Shown here piece after piece: positions 9,327-19,451 of a stretch of 64,000 nt of DNA. The stretch lies in NCBI GenBank assembly GCA_023439545.1, contig JAEXNT010000011.1:139659-203658 (forward strand), in the 5' to 3' direction. The position numbers were made by a program, and so were the translations under genes. The notes below the pieces were generated by a model that saw only the letters and a list, made by a program, of their open reading frames with translations, made no database searches and was not told where the DNA came from. This DNA comes from Bacillota bacterium. Its GTDB lineage: Bacteria; Bacillota; Clostridia; Acetivibrionales; DTU013. Numbering within the stretch: position 1 is the first letter of the stretch; each line of letters begins with the position of its first letter.

Positions 9327-10505
9327 TCAAGTTCCCGCCGGAATGTCTGCGAAAATGCCCTCCTTCATCATTTTGCTCCACGACCCGAATACCGATTTCA
9401 GATAGTCTAAATACGTTTTCTTCCTTACATTGTCCGAAACGGTCAGAATACTTCTTCCGAGCACTTCTCCGTCCAGGCTGTATTCTATGAACCCGTTTTC
9501 GGAGCCTGCGTATACCGGCGCCTTGAGCATATCAGGCGTTACCTTCCTGATCCTGAGCCGGGTCTTCTCCTGCTCATTAAGCGGAAGCACGATGCCTTCA
9601 TCCGCTATAAGGTTGACTCTTTCGGAAGCGCCGCGGTATACCGGTACGCTTGCCATTATATCCCCCGGATCGAGTATTTTGGTCATTTTATAATTTTCAA
9701 AAGCATAATCCAATACCTCTCTGCTTGCATACGCTCTCGCATTCCTGGTAGGCGACCCCAGGACGACCGAGATCACGCGCATGCCTTCCCTCTTGGCAGT
9801 AGTGACGAGGCACCTGCCCGCCTTGCCGGTATATCCCGTTTTAACGCCGTCCAGTCCCGGATAAACACCAAGCAGTTCATTTGTATTAAACAGGCTGTGT
9901 CCGGGAATATACGTGGAATAGGTGGATACGATTTCGGCAAACACAGGATTGCGTAAAGCCTCTCTCGTTATGAGGGCGACGTCGTATGCGTTCGAATACT
10001 GGTTCGCGCAGTCGAGGCCATGAGGAGTCACATAATTGGAATTATCGGCTCCGATCGATACTGCTTTTTTATTCATCATAACCGCAAAATCCTCCACGCT
10101 GCCCCCGACATGCTCTGCAATTGCTATTGCCGCATCGTTTGCCGACACCATCAGCATTGCGTACAGCAGCTCCCTGACCGTATACTTATCGCCGGTCCTA
10201 AGCCCCATAACGGAACCTCCGATGCTTGCGGCCCTTTTGCTTACGGTCACCGTTTCATCCAGATCCGCTTTTTCCAACGCCACCAACGCTGTCATTATTT
10301 TTGTAGTGCTTGCAATCGAACGCTTCTGGGTGGCATTCTTATTGTACAGGATACGCCCTGACGACTCTTCGATGACGACGGCGGTAATGGCATTGATGGA
10401 AGGAGGGTTTTCTTCACAGAACGCAGCCTGCCCTGTCGTAAAGAAAACAATTATCAAAATCAAAAACGAACTTACCAGCTTGCTTGACAAACTCAGACAG
10501 ATCAT
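9327..10505 (-). CDS. D-alanyl-D-alanine carboxypeptidase (PBP5/DacB-DacF family)
   Basis: Signal peptide, SxxK motif (ASTTKIM), PBP5 C-terminal domain pattern. Confidence 0.9.
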   Translation of the reverse strand: MICLSLSSKLVSSFLILIIVFFTTGQAAFCEENPPSINAITAVVIEESSGRILYNKNATQKRSIASTTKIMTALVALEKADLDETVTVSKRAASIGGSVMGLRTGDKYTVRELLYAMLMVSANDAAIAIAEHVGGSVEDFAVMMNKKAVSIGADNSNYVTPHGLDCANQYSNAYDVALITREALRNPVFAEIVSTYSTYIPGHSLFNTNELLGVYPGLDGVKTGYTGKAGRCLVTTAKREGMRVISVVLGSPTRNARAYASREVLDYAFENYKMTKILDPGDIMASVPVYRGASERVNLIADEGIVLPLNEQEKTRLRIRKVTPDMLKAPVYAGSENGFIEYSLDGEVLGRSILTVSDNVRKKTYLDYLKSVFGSWSKMMKEGIFADIPAGT

Positions 10506-10633
10506 CTCCCGGTAAATTTAAACTACGAACAACACTAATTTAGAGTTGGCAGAGAGCCTTAATAATATGTATTTATACTGTTCCATCGAGCAGGTTTTTC
10601 CGATAATTATTATAGAATGAACAGGAGGTTTTT

Positions 10634-12193
10634 ATGAGCGCAAATATCATTTACAAAGATGAATATCTTGCGATCACCGCCGAAAATAGCGATGTTTTTG
10701 CCGAAACCTTTAAAAAGGGCTTCCCAATGGACAGAGTATCGTCTATTTTGTCTTCCCATCCGGAAATCGGTATTACAAGCCTCAGCGTTTTACGAAGTTC
10801 GCTCATGTCCGCACCTGCAAAACCCCGGAAGGTCGGTGAGCTAAGGGAACGAATCCATCTTGATGTAACGCCTTCGGGACTTACTGCAACCGTTACCTTC
10901 AACATTTCACCGGATGAATTGAATTCACATGATATTCTTAGGTCAGAAATATTAAAATTGTTGGAGCAGAATGGTATAATATATGGGATAAACCTTGATT
11001 TCCTCAATAAAGAGCTGCGTCAGGAAATACCCTATACTGCCGCGCAAGGATTTCCGGCTGAAGACGGTACCGACGCCAGGATCACGATGTATAAGCTCAA
11101 GGAATCAAAGCCCGAGATCCGCAAAGACGGTAAAGTCGATTATTACGAGGTGCAGTTGATAAACAGGGTCAAACCTGGAGACTGGCTCGGAGAAAGGTTG
11201 GAGGCGACAGACGGAAAAACCGGGAAAACTGTCAGGGGAGAAGAAATCAAGCCTGTCAAAGGTAAAACCGCCATATTGAACTATGACAGGAATTCTGTAG
11301 CCGAGGTTTCCACGGAAGGCAAAACAACGCTTTATTCCCGATTAAGCGGCGCCGTAAACTATACTTCAGGCAGGATAAGCGTTTCCAACCACCTTGAAAT
11401 AAACGGCGACGTAGGAGTTTCCACAGGCAACGTCAAATTTGACGGGTACCTCACAATCAAGGGCACCATACTGGATGGCTTTACAGTCGAAGCGACCAGA
11501 GACATCGAAATCAACAGCGAGCTGGGGCTCGGCAATATAAAGGGGCTTATTAGCACCAACGGCAGTATTTACATAAAAGGCGGAATATCGGCAAAGGAAA
11601 GGGTTGAAGTTCGTGCAGCCAGAAATGTATTCGTAAAATTTGCAGACAACGTCCGGATCGTATGCGGCGAAACCGCGCATATAGGCTATTACAGCCTGAA
11701 TTGCGACATTTCTGCCAGGGACGTCATATTCGACTCCACTAACGGTCAGGTCATAGGAGGGCATATAAAGTCGGAGATTCATGTATCGGTCCCCATAGGC
11801 GGTTCCGAAATGGAAAGGAAAACTACTTTAGAGGTCACCGGTTTCGACCGTCAGGCGCTGGTAACGCGTCTTGATGAAGTATTTCACGAAATCGGAATGA
11901 AAAAGGCGGAACAGCAGAAATTAAAGTCGAGCGTTGATGCCGGCATGAGCGGAACAGATCCTGCAAGCCTGTCTGACAGGATTTATCTGCTCAGGGAAGA
12001 AATAAAATCACTTGAAGAAGAGAGAAAGTATATAGCCGGTTATCTCAAAGCGAAGGGTGACGGCGAAATATCGGTAACAAAGCGCTTATTCCCCAACTGC
12101 GCCATTATTTTGGGCGGCAGGACTGCGGAATACACATCCGATACGGTCATAGCAACATTTTACCTCAAGGATGGAGAAATAAAGCAGACATAG
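10634..12193 (+). CDS. FapA/DUF342 family protein
   Basis: 519 aa with a beta-helix-like repeat region and C-terminal coiled coil, typical of DUF342. Confidence 0.75.
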   Translation: MSANIIYKDEYLAITAENSDVFAETFKKGFPMDRVSSILSSHPEIGITSLSVLRSSLMSAPAKPRKVGELRERIHLDVTPSGLTATVTFNISPDELNSHDILRSEILKLLEQNGIIYGINLDFLNKELRQEIPYTAAQGFPAEDGTDARITMYKLKESKPEIRKDGKVDYYEVQLINRVKPGDWLGERLEATDGKTGKTVRGEEIKPVKGKTAILNYDRNSVAEVSTEGKTTLYSRLSGAVNYTSGRISVSNHLEINGDVGVSTGNVKFDGYLTIKGTILDGFTVEATRDIEINSELGLGNIKGLISTNGSIYIKGGISAKERVEVRAARNVFVKFADNVRIVCGETAHIGYYSLNCDISARDVIFDSTNGQVIGGHIKSEIHVSVPIGGSEMERKTTLEVTGFDRQALVTRLDEVFHEIGMKKAEQQKLKSSVDAGMSGTDPASLSDRIYLLREEIKSLEEERKYIAGYLKAKGDGEISVTKRLFPNCAIILGGRTAEYTSDTVIATFYLKDGEIKQT

Positions 12194-12208
12194 AAAAGGA
12201 ACGACATT

Positions 12209-13333
12209 ATGTTTAAGAACATTTTAATAATATCTTCAGATGTAACGGGTCACGGTCATAAAAGTATCACTGAATCACTGCTGGAGCAGTTCAGAAATTA
12301 TCCCGAAACAAATGTGAAAGTCGTCGATGGTTTTGCGCTGGGCGGTAATCTCGGGCTTCGCGCCGGAAAAATGTACGGTTCCATAACGAGGACTTCAAAG
12401 GACGTCTGGAAAAGGATCTGGGAAATAACAGTAAAAAGGCCTTCGCTTATTATAGAGCTAAGCGAACTTACCATTTACGACCGTTTCGTCAAGCTTCTGC
12501 AGGAAACACAGCCCGATGTGATCCTTTCAACACACCCCAACTATAACGCCTCCATAACGAATATTCTTGCAAGGATCGATTACCGGGCGCCGATGATCGC
12601 AGTAGTTGCCGATCCCGTGACCATAAGCCCGTTATGGTGCAATCCGCAGGCGGATTATACCATATGCCCTACCGATGAGGCAAAGGAAGTTTGTATAAGG
12701 TGCGGAGTCCCGGAGGATCATGTCCGCATGTTCGGTTTTCCTGTAAGGCAGCGTTTTACGGAGCATCTTCACGGCCTTGACGAAAAGGCTGTCAATTCAA
12801 CCGATGTCGTTTATACGCCCCACTACCCCATCAAGTTCATGATCATGAGCGGCGGCGAAGGCTCGGGCAATATGAGCAGGCTTGCGAAAGTACTGCTCAA
12901 GAATTTCGACTGTAGCGTCAGAATATTGTGCGGGAGAAACAAACTGATGAAGAAGGCGCTCGAGCATACCCTTGCTGAAAAATACAAGGACAGAGTCGAT
13001 ATACTTGGATTTACGGAAAATGTACAGGAGATCATGCTGTCTACGGACATAATGTTCACACGCGCAAGCCCTAATACGATGATCGAGGCGGTCATGTGCA
13101 ATGTCCCGCTTGTAATAACGGGCGCGCTCCCCGGCCAGGAGGAGGGCAATCCCGATTTTGCCGTGAAACACGGGCTGGGAGTAGTCTGCACCGAGACTAA
13201 GGAATTAAAATATGTAGTATCGGGACTGCTTGCCGATAATTTCAAACAGTTGACCGAAATAAAGAAATCGCAGGCCGCATACAGGAATCCTTTCGCTGCG
13301 AGAGACATTGCCGATTTCATAATGAAGCTTTGA
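12209..13333 (+). CDS. MGDG-synthase/UgtP-family diacylglycerol glycosyltransferase
   Basis: N-terminal SSDVTGHGHKS motif. Overall resemblance to B. subtilis UgtP. Confidence 0.8.
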   Translation: MFKNILIISSDVTGHGHKSITESLLEQFRNYPETNVKVVDGFALGGNLGLRAGKMYGSITRTSKDVWKRIWEITVKRPSLIIELSELTIYDRFVKLLQETQPDVILSTHPNYNASITNILARIDYRAPMIAVVADPVTISPLWCNPQADYTICPTDEAKEVCIRCGVPEDHVRMFGFPVRQRFTEHLHGLDEKAVNSTDVVYTPHYPIKFMIMSGGEGSGNMSRLAKVLLKNFDCSVRILCGRNKLMKKALEHTLAEKYKDRVDILGFTENVQEIMLSTDIMFTRASPNTMIEAVMCNVPLVITGALPGQEEGNPDFAVKHGLGVVCTETKELKYVVSGLLADNFKQLTEIKKSQAAYRNPFAARDIADFIMKL

Positions 13334-13424
13334 AAATATTGACTATGTAAATGTTTGCTTGGTTATTACTTCAAGTAATAAACGTAATTATTTTAGGCAC
13401 AATAGTTACTGAGGAGGTGATAAA

Positions 13425-13628
13425 ATGGCAAACAACAGTAACAGCAGCAGGAATACAACTTCTTTCGATCAGATGAAATATGAAATTGCCAACCAGGTCG
13501 GAGTAAACCTGAAACAGGGTTACAATGGCGACATCGCATCAAGAGATGCTGGCAAGATCGGCGGAAATATAGTCAAGAAGGTATTTGAATCATACACCGG
13601 TAACAATTACGACATCAACAAGAAGTAA
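13425..13628 (+). CDS. Alpha/beta-type small acid-soluble spore protein
   Basis: 67 aa. KYEIANQVGV...RDAGKIGGNIVKK matches conserved SASP blocks. Strong RBS GAGGAGG. Confidence 0.92.
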   Translation: MANNSNSSRNTTSFDQMKYEIANQVGVNLKQGYNGDIASRDAGKIGGNIVKKVFESYTGNNYDINKK

Positions 13629-13635
13629 TAATAAA

Positions 13636-13672
13636 ACAAAAAGCAGGCGGTTTGGGCCACCTGCTTTTTTGT
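13636..13672 (+). terminator. Intrinsic terminator after the SASP gene
   Basis: aagcagg...cctgctt stem followed by a T run. Confidence 0.8.
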
Positions 13673-13791
13673 TTTATTATGGAACATAGCGAAAATTGCT
13701 GCGCAGCATAATAACGAAGCTTATGTGCTAGCGCAATAAGCATGCTTGTTCAAAGCTCACAGGCGCTCGATGCACCTGTGAGCTTTGAATT

Positions 13792-14073
13792 TTACATTAC
13801 ATTAATAGACGACTGTATCTTGCTGACTTCCTGCTTTGCAGCGGTGAGATCCTGCTGACTCGCCTGGGAAGTAGTATACCAACCCTTGGACGACAATATG
13901 TCGAATATATTCTTCTGATGCTGGAAAGTCCTGTTCAGTATTCCCGAGGCATCATTCCTGAGATTTATATCGGAACTCTCAAGGATCAGATTCGTCAACG
14001 AAGACGCACAGAGCTTATGTTCGTTCAACAATGTGTACATTATTTCCTTGTCGGTAAACTTGTTCATTTTCAA
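13792..14073 (-). CDS. Spore coat protein F-like (Coat_F domain)
   Basis: 93 aa with the pattern DKEIMYTLLNEHKLCASSLTNLILES...FQHQKNIF. Confidence 0.75.
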   Translation of the reverse strand: MKMNKFTDKEIMYTLLNEHKLCASSLTNLILESSDINLRNDASGILNRTFQHQKNIFDILSSKGWYTTSQASQQDLTAAKQEVSKIQSSINVM

Positions 14074-14077
14074 CCTC

Positions 14078-14275
14078 CTATTGGACAGATGTAGTGTTAA
14101 TGTGTTTGATCAGTGTTGTCAGATCCTGCTGATGCTCCTTCGCCATGCTTTGGCACAAGCCCTTTACCTGTGCATCGGTTGCCATATCGGCGCAGGCGTA
14201 CAGGAATTTGATCGAGTTTTCGGCCATTTTGATATTGTCCTGAACCAGCATCAATTCTTTTGATGTCAATGACAT
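14078..14275 (-). CDS. Small coat-associated protein (partner of the CotF-like gene, tentative)
   Basis: Start set at ATG 14275 with AAAGGAGGG 5 nt upstream. 4-nt gap to the CotF-like gene. Confidence 0.55.
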   Translation of the reverse strand: MSLTSKELMLVQDNIKMAENSIKFLYACADMATDAQVKGLCQSMAKEHQQDLTTLIKHINTTSVQ

Positions 14276-14406
14276 AAAATCCCTCCTTTGTAATGTTTCC
14301 AGAATAGCTTTTAACATTAATCCTCCTATTATTCAAAAACAGAAAATATTTATACTTTTTTTGGAGTTTGTATTATAATAGTGCTTATCTGAATTGAGGT
14401 AACCAT

Positions 14407-15783
14407 ATGAGATTGGACTTAATAAAAACAAAAATTAAAAACATCTTCAACGCCAGACCGACCGTGTTGATCGTACTCAGCTTTTTTCTGCTGATAATGG
14501 CGGGTACGCTTCTCCTGATGCTGCCAGTTTCAGCAAAAGACGGCAAAGGCACTAATCTGCTTGACGCCCTGTTCACCTCTACATCCGCCTCCTGTGTCAC
14601 CGGACTTATCGTGACGGATACATACCAGCACTGGACGTTATTTGGGCAGATTGTGATCATATCGTTGATACAGATCGGCGGCCTGGGCATAATTACCTTC
14701 GCGACCTTCTTCTATTCCCTGCTCGGCAAGAAATTCAGAATCAGGAGCATGGTACTTGCGCAGGAATCCATCAGCTTCTATTCATTCCAGGGAATAACGA
14801 GGCTCATAAAGAATGTTATGCTTGTAACCTTCGGTACGGAATTGATAGGAGCGCTGCTTTTGTCTATACGCTTTGTCCCGGAATACGGCATAAAGGGTTT
14901 ATATCTGGGAGTCTTTCATTCGATCGCCGCATTCTGCAATGCAGGTTTCGATTTGATGAGCATTTCCGGGAAAGGGCAGTTTGTCAGTCTTCTTTACTAC
15001 AACAATGATCCGCTGGTCATTTACACCGTAGCGTCGCTGATAGTAATAGGCGGCCTCGGCTTTGTCGTATGGAAGGACATATATGAATACAGGAAGAATA
15101 AGAACCTCGTTTTGCACACAAAACTGGTTATCACAATAGTACCTGTATTGATCGTATTGGGAGCTGTGGTTTTTTTCGCACTGGAATACAACAATCCCGC
15201 CACACTGGGTAAGCTTGATCTTCCCGGCAAGATCAACGCCTCCATATTTCAATCCGTAACGCCGAGGACGGCCGGCTTCAACTCAATAGACCAGAATGCG
15301 ATGAGCGACCTTTCCAAGCTGACGACAGTTATACTGATGTTTATTGGCGCGGCGCCGGGATCTACCGGAGGCGGAATAAAAGTAACGACCTTCGGTATTG
15401 TAATGATAGCTATACTTACTCAATTAAGAGGTTCGGACGATGTAATAGTGTTCAAAAGACGCATATCCTTCCCGACAATCATAAAAGCGCTGACTATCAT
15501 AGGCTTCAGCGCCATGCTGGTGCTGGTCGTGACTGTGATCGTGGTTTTGTTGGAAGGCCGTCCTATAATCAACGTCCTGTTCGAAGTCGTTTCAGCTTTC
15601 GCTACGGTTGGCCTGACTACGGGCATGACTCCTTACCTGCACCCGATCAGCAAGCTGCTGCTTATAATGATGATGTTTCTGGGCAGGGTTGGGCCTGTTA
15701 CATTTGCGCTTGCGCTTACGATGATATCCCACAAGAACAATACCGATATCGTATATCCTGAAGGCAAGGTAATAGTAGGTTAA
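14407..15783 (+). CDS. trkH: TrkH/KtrB-family potassium uptake membrane subunit
   Basis: 458 aa, polytopic, with repeated pore-loop GGLG/TGGG motifs. Confidence 0.9.
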   Translation: MRLDLIKTKIKNIFNARPTVLIVLSFFLLIMAGTLLLMLPVSAKDGKGTNLLDALFTSTSASCVTGLIVTDTYQHWTLFGQIVIISLIQIGGLGIITFATFFYSLLGKKFRIRSMVLAQESISFYSFQGITRLIKNVMLVTFGTELIGALLLSIRFVPEYGIKGLYLGVFHSIAAFCNAGFDLMSISGKGQFVSLLYYNNDPLVIYTVASLIVIGGLGFVVWKDIYEYRKNKNLVLHTKLVITIVPVLIVLGAVVFFALEYNNPATLGKLDLPGKINASIFQSVTPRTAGFNSIDQNAMSDLSKLTTVILMFIGAAPGSTGGGIKVTTFGIVMIAILTQLRGSDDVIVFKRRISFPTIIKALTIIGFSAMLVLVVTVIVVLLEGRPIINVLFEVVSAFATVGLTTGMTPYLHPISKLLLIMMMFLGRVGPVTFALALTMISHKNNTDIVYPEGKVIVG

Positions 15784-15788
15784 AAAGA

Positions 15789-15821
15789 AAAGCACCCGAT
15801 TTTTGGACGGGTGCTTTTTAA
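15789..15821. terminator. Hairpin terminator between trkH and trkA
   Basis: aagcacccg-N9-cgggtgctt followed by a T run. Confidence 0.75.
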
Positions 15822-15854
15822 TTCCTGGAGAATTTTCAATTTCCTTGAGAATAT

Positions 15855-16508
15855 TCAAAGGAAGAATTCCTTAAGTCTTTCCTGATCTTCGTTAGAGGAA
15901 GCCGCTATGATGTAATCGCCTTTTTGCAGCACCGTCTGCCCGTTAGGTATGAATACGTCATCATCCCTTATGATGGAGATCAGCAGACTGTTGCTTGGCA
16001 GCTTGAGATCCATTAGCTTCTTTCCGCAGGCTATCGAATTCTCATGCAATTCAATTTCATTCAGAGTGATTTTACCGTTTTTCAGTTTAATCAAAGTTTT
16101 AATACCGATGTAGTCTATCTCCTGCTCGATAAGCTCGGCTATCATCGATGTGCTGCTTACCGCTATGTCTACGCCGAGCTTTTTGAAAACGTCGATATTC
16201 TTGGGATTGTTTACCCTTGATATCGTTCTTTTAATATGGAAGTTATTCTTTGCGAGCTGGCAGGCGATCAGGTTGTCCTCATCCCTTCCCGTAGTTGCAA
16301 CGAATATGTCCGCCCTCGACGCATCAACTTCCTCGAGCTTTTCTATCGTAGTACCGTCTCCGTTGCATACTCTGATGTACAGCTGGTTGGCCAGCTTCTC
16401 GCAGAGATCTGCCTGCGGTTCTATTACCACAACTTCATGCTTGTATGATAAAAGTGTTTTTGCAAGATAATACCCTACTTTTCCCCCGCCTGCGATGATG
16501 ATATACAT
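15855..16508 (-). CDS. trkA: TrkA/KtrA potassium uptake NAD-binding subunit
   Basis: MYIIIAGGGKVGYYLAKTL Rossmann motif plus a TrkA_C domain. Confidence 0.9.
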   Translation of the reverse strand: MYIIIAGGGKVGYYLAKTLLSYKHEVVVIEPQADLCEKLANQLYIRVCNGDGTTIEKLEEVDASRADIFVATTGRDEDNLIACQLAKNNFHIKRTISRVNNPKNIDVFKKLGVDIAVSSTSMIAELIEQEIDYIGIKTLIKLKNGKITLNEIELHENSIACGKKLMDLKLPSNSLLISIIRDDDVFIPNGQTVLQKGDYIIAASSNEDQERLKEFFL

Positions 16509-16523
16509 GAATGCTCCTCCCTG

Positions 16524-17141
16524 TCAACGTGTCAGATACGCGACAATTATACTGTCGTCCTTATCCAGCCTGATGCCCGGATTCGGAAAGCTGAAGGCTC
16601 CGTTATGCACAATGCCGAAAATGTAACTATCCCTTTTTAGTTTTACCGAACTGAGCTTTTTACCGATATATTCTGCTTTTATCGCTTCTCTTTTAAATGT
16701 GAATGCTTCACCGCATATTGCATGATGCGATATATTTTCAGACTCGCCGAGAATTTTCGACCTAAGTACGTCTACCGTCAGGTTCGTGGGGCAGATCGTG
16801 TTGAGCCCGAACTGGTGGAATACATGTTCCCTCTCCGGATTATATATTCTGGCTATTACTCTGGGCACTTTGAAGATTTCCTTCGCGACCTGGCAAGCCA
16901 TAATGTTTACATTATCATCAGGAGTTACGGCAGCAAAAGCGTCTGCGTTTTCGATACCGGCCTGTTTCAGCACATCCTGATCTATCGGTACGCCGGTTAC
17001 CGTAATACCCTTGAAATCGTGCTTCAATGCCTTGAATTCATTTCTGTCGTTCGACACGACGACCACATCATGTCCGTCGTCGGCAAGAGCATGCGCAAAC
17101 TTGGAGCCCACCTTGCCGCAACCTATTATAATAATGTTCAT
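16524..17141 (-). CDS. trkA: TrkA/KtrA potassium uptake NAD-binding subunit (second copy)
   Basis: Start set at MNIIIIGCGKVG (ATG 17141). The ORF-track extension to 17279 only translates the upstream repeat array. Confidence 0.88.
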   Translation of the reverse strand: MNIIIIGCGKVGSKFAHALADDGHDVVVVSNDRNEFKALKHDFKGITVTGVPIDQDVLKQAGIENADAFAAVTPDDNVNIMACQVAKEIFKVPRVIARIYNPEREHVFHQFGLNTICPTNLTVDVLRSKILGESENISHHAICGEAFTFKREAIKAEYIGKKLSSVKLKRDSYIFGIVHNGAFSFPNPGIRLDKDDSIIVAYLTR

Positions 17142-17182
17142 AAATTCAGCCCTCGCTAAACTAAGTGTGTCCTCTAACCTTG

Positions 17183-17315
17183 TTTGGTGTGTCCCCTTTG
17201 TTTTAGCGTCAAAAAGGGACATTCCTTGGACAGTCCTTTGAAGGTGTGTCCCCATTGCTTTAGCGTCGAAAGGGGACATTCCTTGTAACGGTATTTGAAG
17301 GTGTGTCCCCTCTCC
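17183..17315. repeat. 57-bp tandem hairpin repeat, about 2.5 copies (GTGTCCCC...GGGGACAT units)
   Basis: ggtgtgtcccc(t/a)ttg(t/c)tttagcgtc(a/g)aaa(a/g)gggacattccttg seen at about 17186, 17243 and partially at 17300. Confidence 0.9.
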
Positions 17316-17452
17316 TTATTATACCCCCTTGAAGCTATTTTGCAATGCAATCTTTCATTATTTGGAAGGCGGTGAAAAAACAGCTTTGAATAACCGTAAA
17401 TCTCGCGGCAAATAATAAATTATTGTAAAAATTGTCTGACAGGAGTACGAAT

Positions 17453-18139
17453 ATGTTGGTAGTATTTGTTAGGACTCTCGTTTTATATTTGATCGTGGTA
17501 ATAGTCATGAGAGTTATGGGTAAAAGGCAAATAGGCCAGCTGCAGCCTTTCGAGCTTGCCATAGCGATCATGATATCCGAACTGGCAGCGGTGCCGATGC
17601 AGAACACCGGAATCCCGCTTGTGAACGGGATCATCCCGATACTTACGCTGCTCATCGCACAACTTCTCATGTCCTTCCTCACTTTGAAAAGTATCCGTGC
17701 GAGAGCAATAATCTGCGGCAAGCCAACCATACTTATTGAAAAAGGCAGAATCCGGGAGGATGAGCTGAGAAAAGAGCTCTATACCCTGAATGACCTGCTT
17801 GAACAGCTCAGGATCAAAAATTTCCCGAACATAACGGATATCGAATACGCGATACTTGAAACTAATGGCCAGCTCAGTGTTATACCGAAATCGCAGAAAA
17901 GGCCTTTGAATACTGCCGATATGAATATAAAGACCGATTACGAAGGCATAACCGTAGACGTCGTTATCGACGGGCATATCATGACGAATAATCTCAAAAC
18001 TATCGGAAAAGACAGACAGTGGCTGATACAGGAGATGCGGAAGCAGCATTATGACGACCCTTCCGAGATACTCCTGGCCAGCGTCGATCCGGCGGGGAAG
18101 CTTTCAATACAGGCCAGATACAGGGGAGGTGACCGGTGA
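17453..18139 (+). CDS. DUF421-family membrane protein (YetF/YdfS-like)
   Basis: Start ATG 17453 lies 7 nt after AGGAG. N-terminal TM helices followed by a soluble domain. Confidence 0.7.
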   Translation: MLVVFVRTLVLYLIVVIVMRVMGKRQIGQLQPFELAIAIMISELAAVPMQNTGIPLVNGIIPILTLLIAQLLMSFLTLKSIRARAIICGKPTILIEKGRIREDELRKELYTLNDLLEQLRIKNFPNITDIEYAILETNGQLSVIPKSQKRPLNTADMNIKTDYEGITVDVVIDGHIMTNNLKTIGKDRQWLIQEMRKQHYDDPSEILLASVDPAGKLSIQARYRGGDR

Positions 18140-18140
18140 T

Positions 18141-18539
18141 ATGAGACGCAGGGCTACTATAAGAATATTGGGTTCTATTATCGCTTTGACCCTAATAATA
18201 ATCATATTGAGCGTGGTCACGCAGAGGTTTCTTTACAATGGTTCGCAGAGCATGAAGCAGTCAATCGATTCGGTTGAGACAAGTATCGGGTCAAGCAACT
18301 GGAACCAGGCTGATACGCAGCTTACCCGGATGATAAATTCCTGGTCGGGCGTTAAAGGCTACTGGTCCTCCCTGATAGATCACCAGGAGATCGACAATAT
18401 CGACGAGACCCTCGCCAGATTGCAGATGTTCATAAAGGGAAAGGACAATGCGAGCGCGCTCGCGGAAGCAGCTGCACTGAAAAAATTCATAGTTCACATT
18501 CCGGAAAGAGAAAAGCCAAGCCTTGAGAATATCTTCTGA
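18141..18539 (+). CDS. DUF4363-like small membrane-anchored protein
   Basis: Start ATG 18141 directly after the upstream stop. One TM helix followed by a helical domain. Confidence 0.6.
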   Translation: MRRRATIRILGSIIALTLIIIILSVVTQRFLYNGSQSMKQSIDSVETSIGSSNWNQADTQLTRMINSWSGVKGYWSSLIDHQEIDNIDETLARLQMFIKGKDNASALAEAAALKKFIVHIPEREKPSLENIF

Positions 18540-18566
18540 AGCCTTCCCCTGAGGTTACACTAGACT

Positions 18567-19367
18567 TTACCTGAGCTGTCTTTGCCTCATGGCCTCGAAC
18601 ATCATCACGCCCGCGGCGACAGATGCGTTAAGTGATTCAGCGCGACCAGCCATGGGTATTTTCACCAGCAGGTCGGCATTCTTTACCGTTTCGGCGCTTA
18701 TCCCCCCGGCCTCGCTGCCTATTATCAATGCGATATTGCCCGAAAGATCGGCTTCATATATACTGACCGAACCCTCAAGGTGCGATGCGCAAAGCTGGAA
18801 CCCCTTCTGTTTCACAGACTGCATCATTTCGGCAATACCGCCCCCGCAGCAGACCGGTATGTGGAAGATCGAGCCCATCGTCGAGCGCAGTACTTTGGGG
18901 TTGTAAATATCTGCGCAGCCGTCCGATGCTACCACTCCCGCACACCCTGCCGCATCCGCCGTCCTTATGATAGTACCCATGTTGCCGGGATCCCTGATGT
19001 TGTCAAGAAGTACCAGAGTTCCTTCAACGATTGACGTATCCCGGAGCAGCTTCCTTTTCAGTTCGAGAACTGCCAGTACCCCTTGCGGGTTCTGGGTATC
19101 CGAGATCGAATCGAAAAGGTTGTCCGGCACTTCATAAGAGGTGATGCCCCTTTGTTCGACAGCACCGGTAAGTTCAGGAGAGTCGCCGCCCGATAAAAAA
19201 GTTTCCGAAAATATTATGTACCGGATACCTGCGTTCTCTTTAAACGCCTCCGAAACGAACCTGGTCCCCTCTATAAAATAAAGGCCTTTATCGTCCCTGT
19301 CTTTTTTGTTTTTGAGCGATCTTGCTTCTTTTATTACAGGGTTACTGGCGGCTGTCAGCCTGATCAT
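18567..19367 (-). CDS. TrmH/SpoU-family RNA 2'-O-methyltransferase
   Basis: SpoU methylase motifs (NPGNMGTIIRTA, IGSEAGGIS, SLNASVAAGV). Confidence 0.88.
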   Translation of the reverse strand: MIRLTAASNPVIKEARSLKNKKDRDDKGLYFIEGTRFVSEAFKENAGIRYIIFSETFLSGGDSPELTGAVEQRGITSYEVPDNLFDSISDTQNPQGVLAVLELKRKLLRDTSIVEGTLVLLDNIRDPGNMGTIIRTADAAGCAGVVASDGCADIYNPKVLRSTMGSIFHIPVCCGGGIAEMMQSVKQKGFQLCASHLEGSVSIYEADLSGNIALIIGSEAGGISAETVKNADLLVKIPMAGRAESLNASVAAGVMMFEAMRQRQLR

Positions 19368-19451
19368 AATTACTCCTCGCGCCTCCGGTTTGTTCCATAA
19401 AAATCAAATAAGGGGCTTTTCAGCCCCCTATCCAAAAATCAATGATTGTTA

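Noticed and set aside
17142-17279. The ORF track extends trkA by 46 codons (MSPFDAKAMGTHLQ...MSLFDAKTKGTHQ).
   Set aside because: The extension only translates the 57-bp tandem repeat. The canonical Rossmann N-terminus MNIIIIGCGKVG starts at 17141.
17183-17315. Canonical ydaO-type c-di-AMP riboswitch upstream of trkA.
   Set aside because: The conserved core strings that I remember (GGGGACCCA, CCGACAGCUAACC) are not present as such. It is kept only as a divergent-variant hypothesis in the findings.
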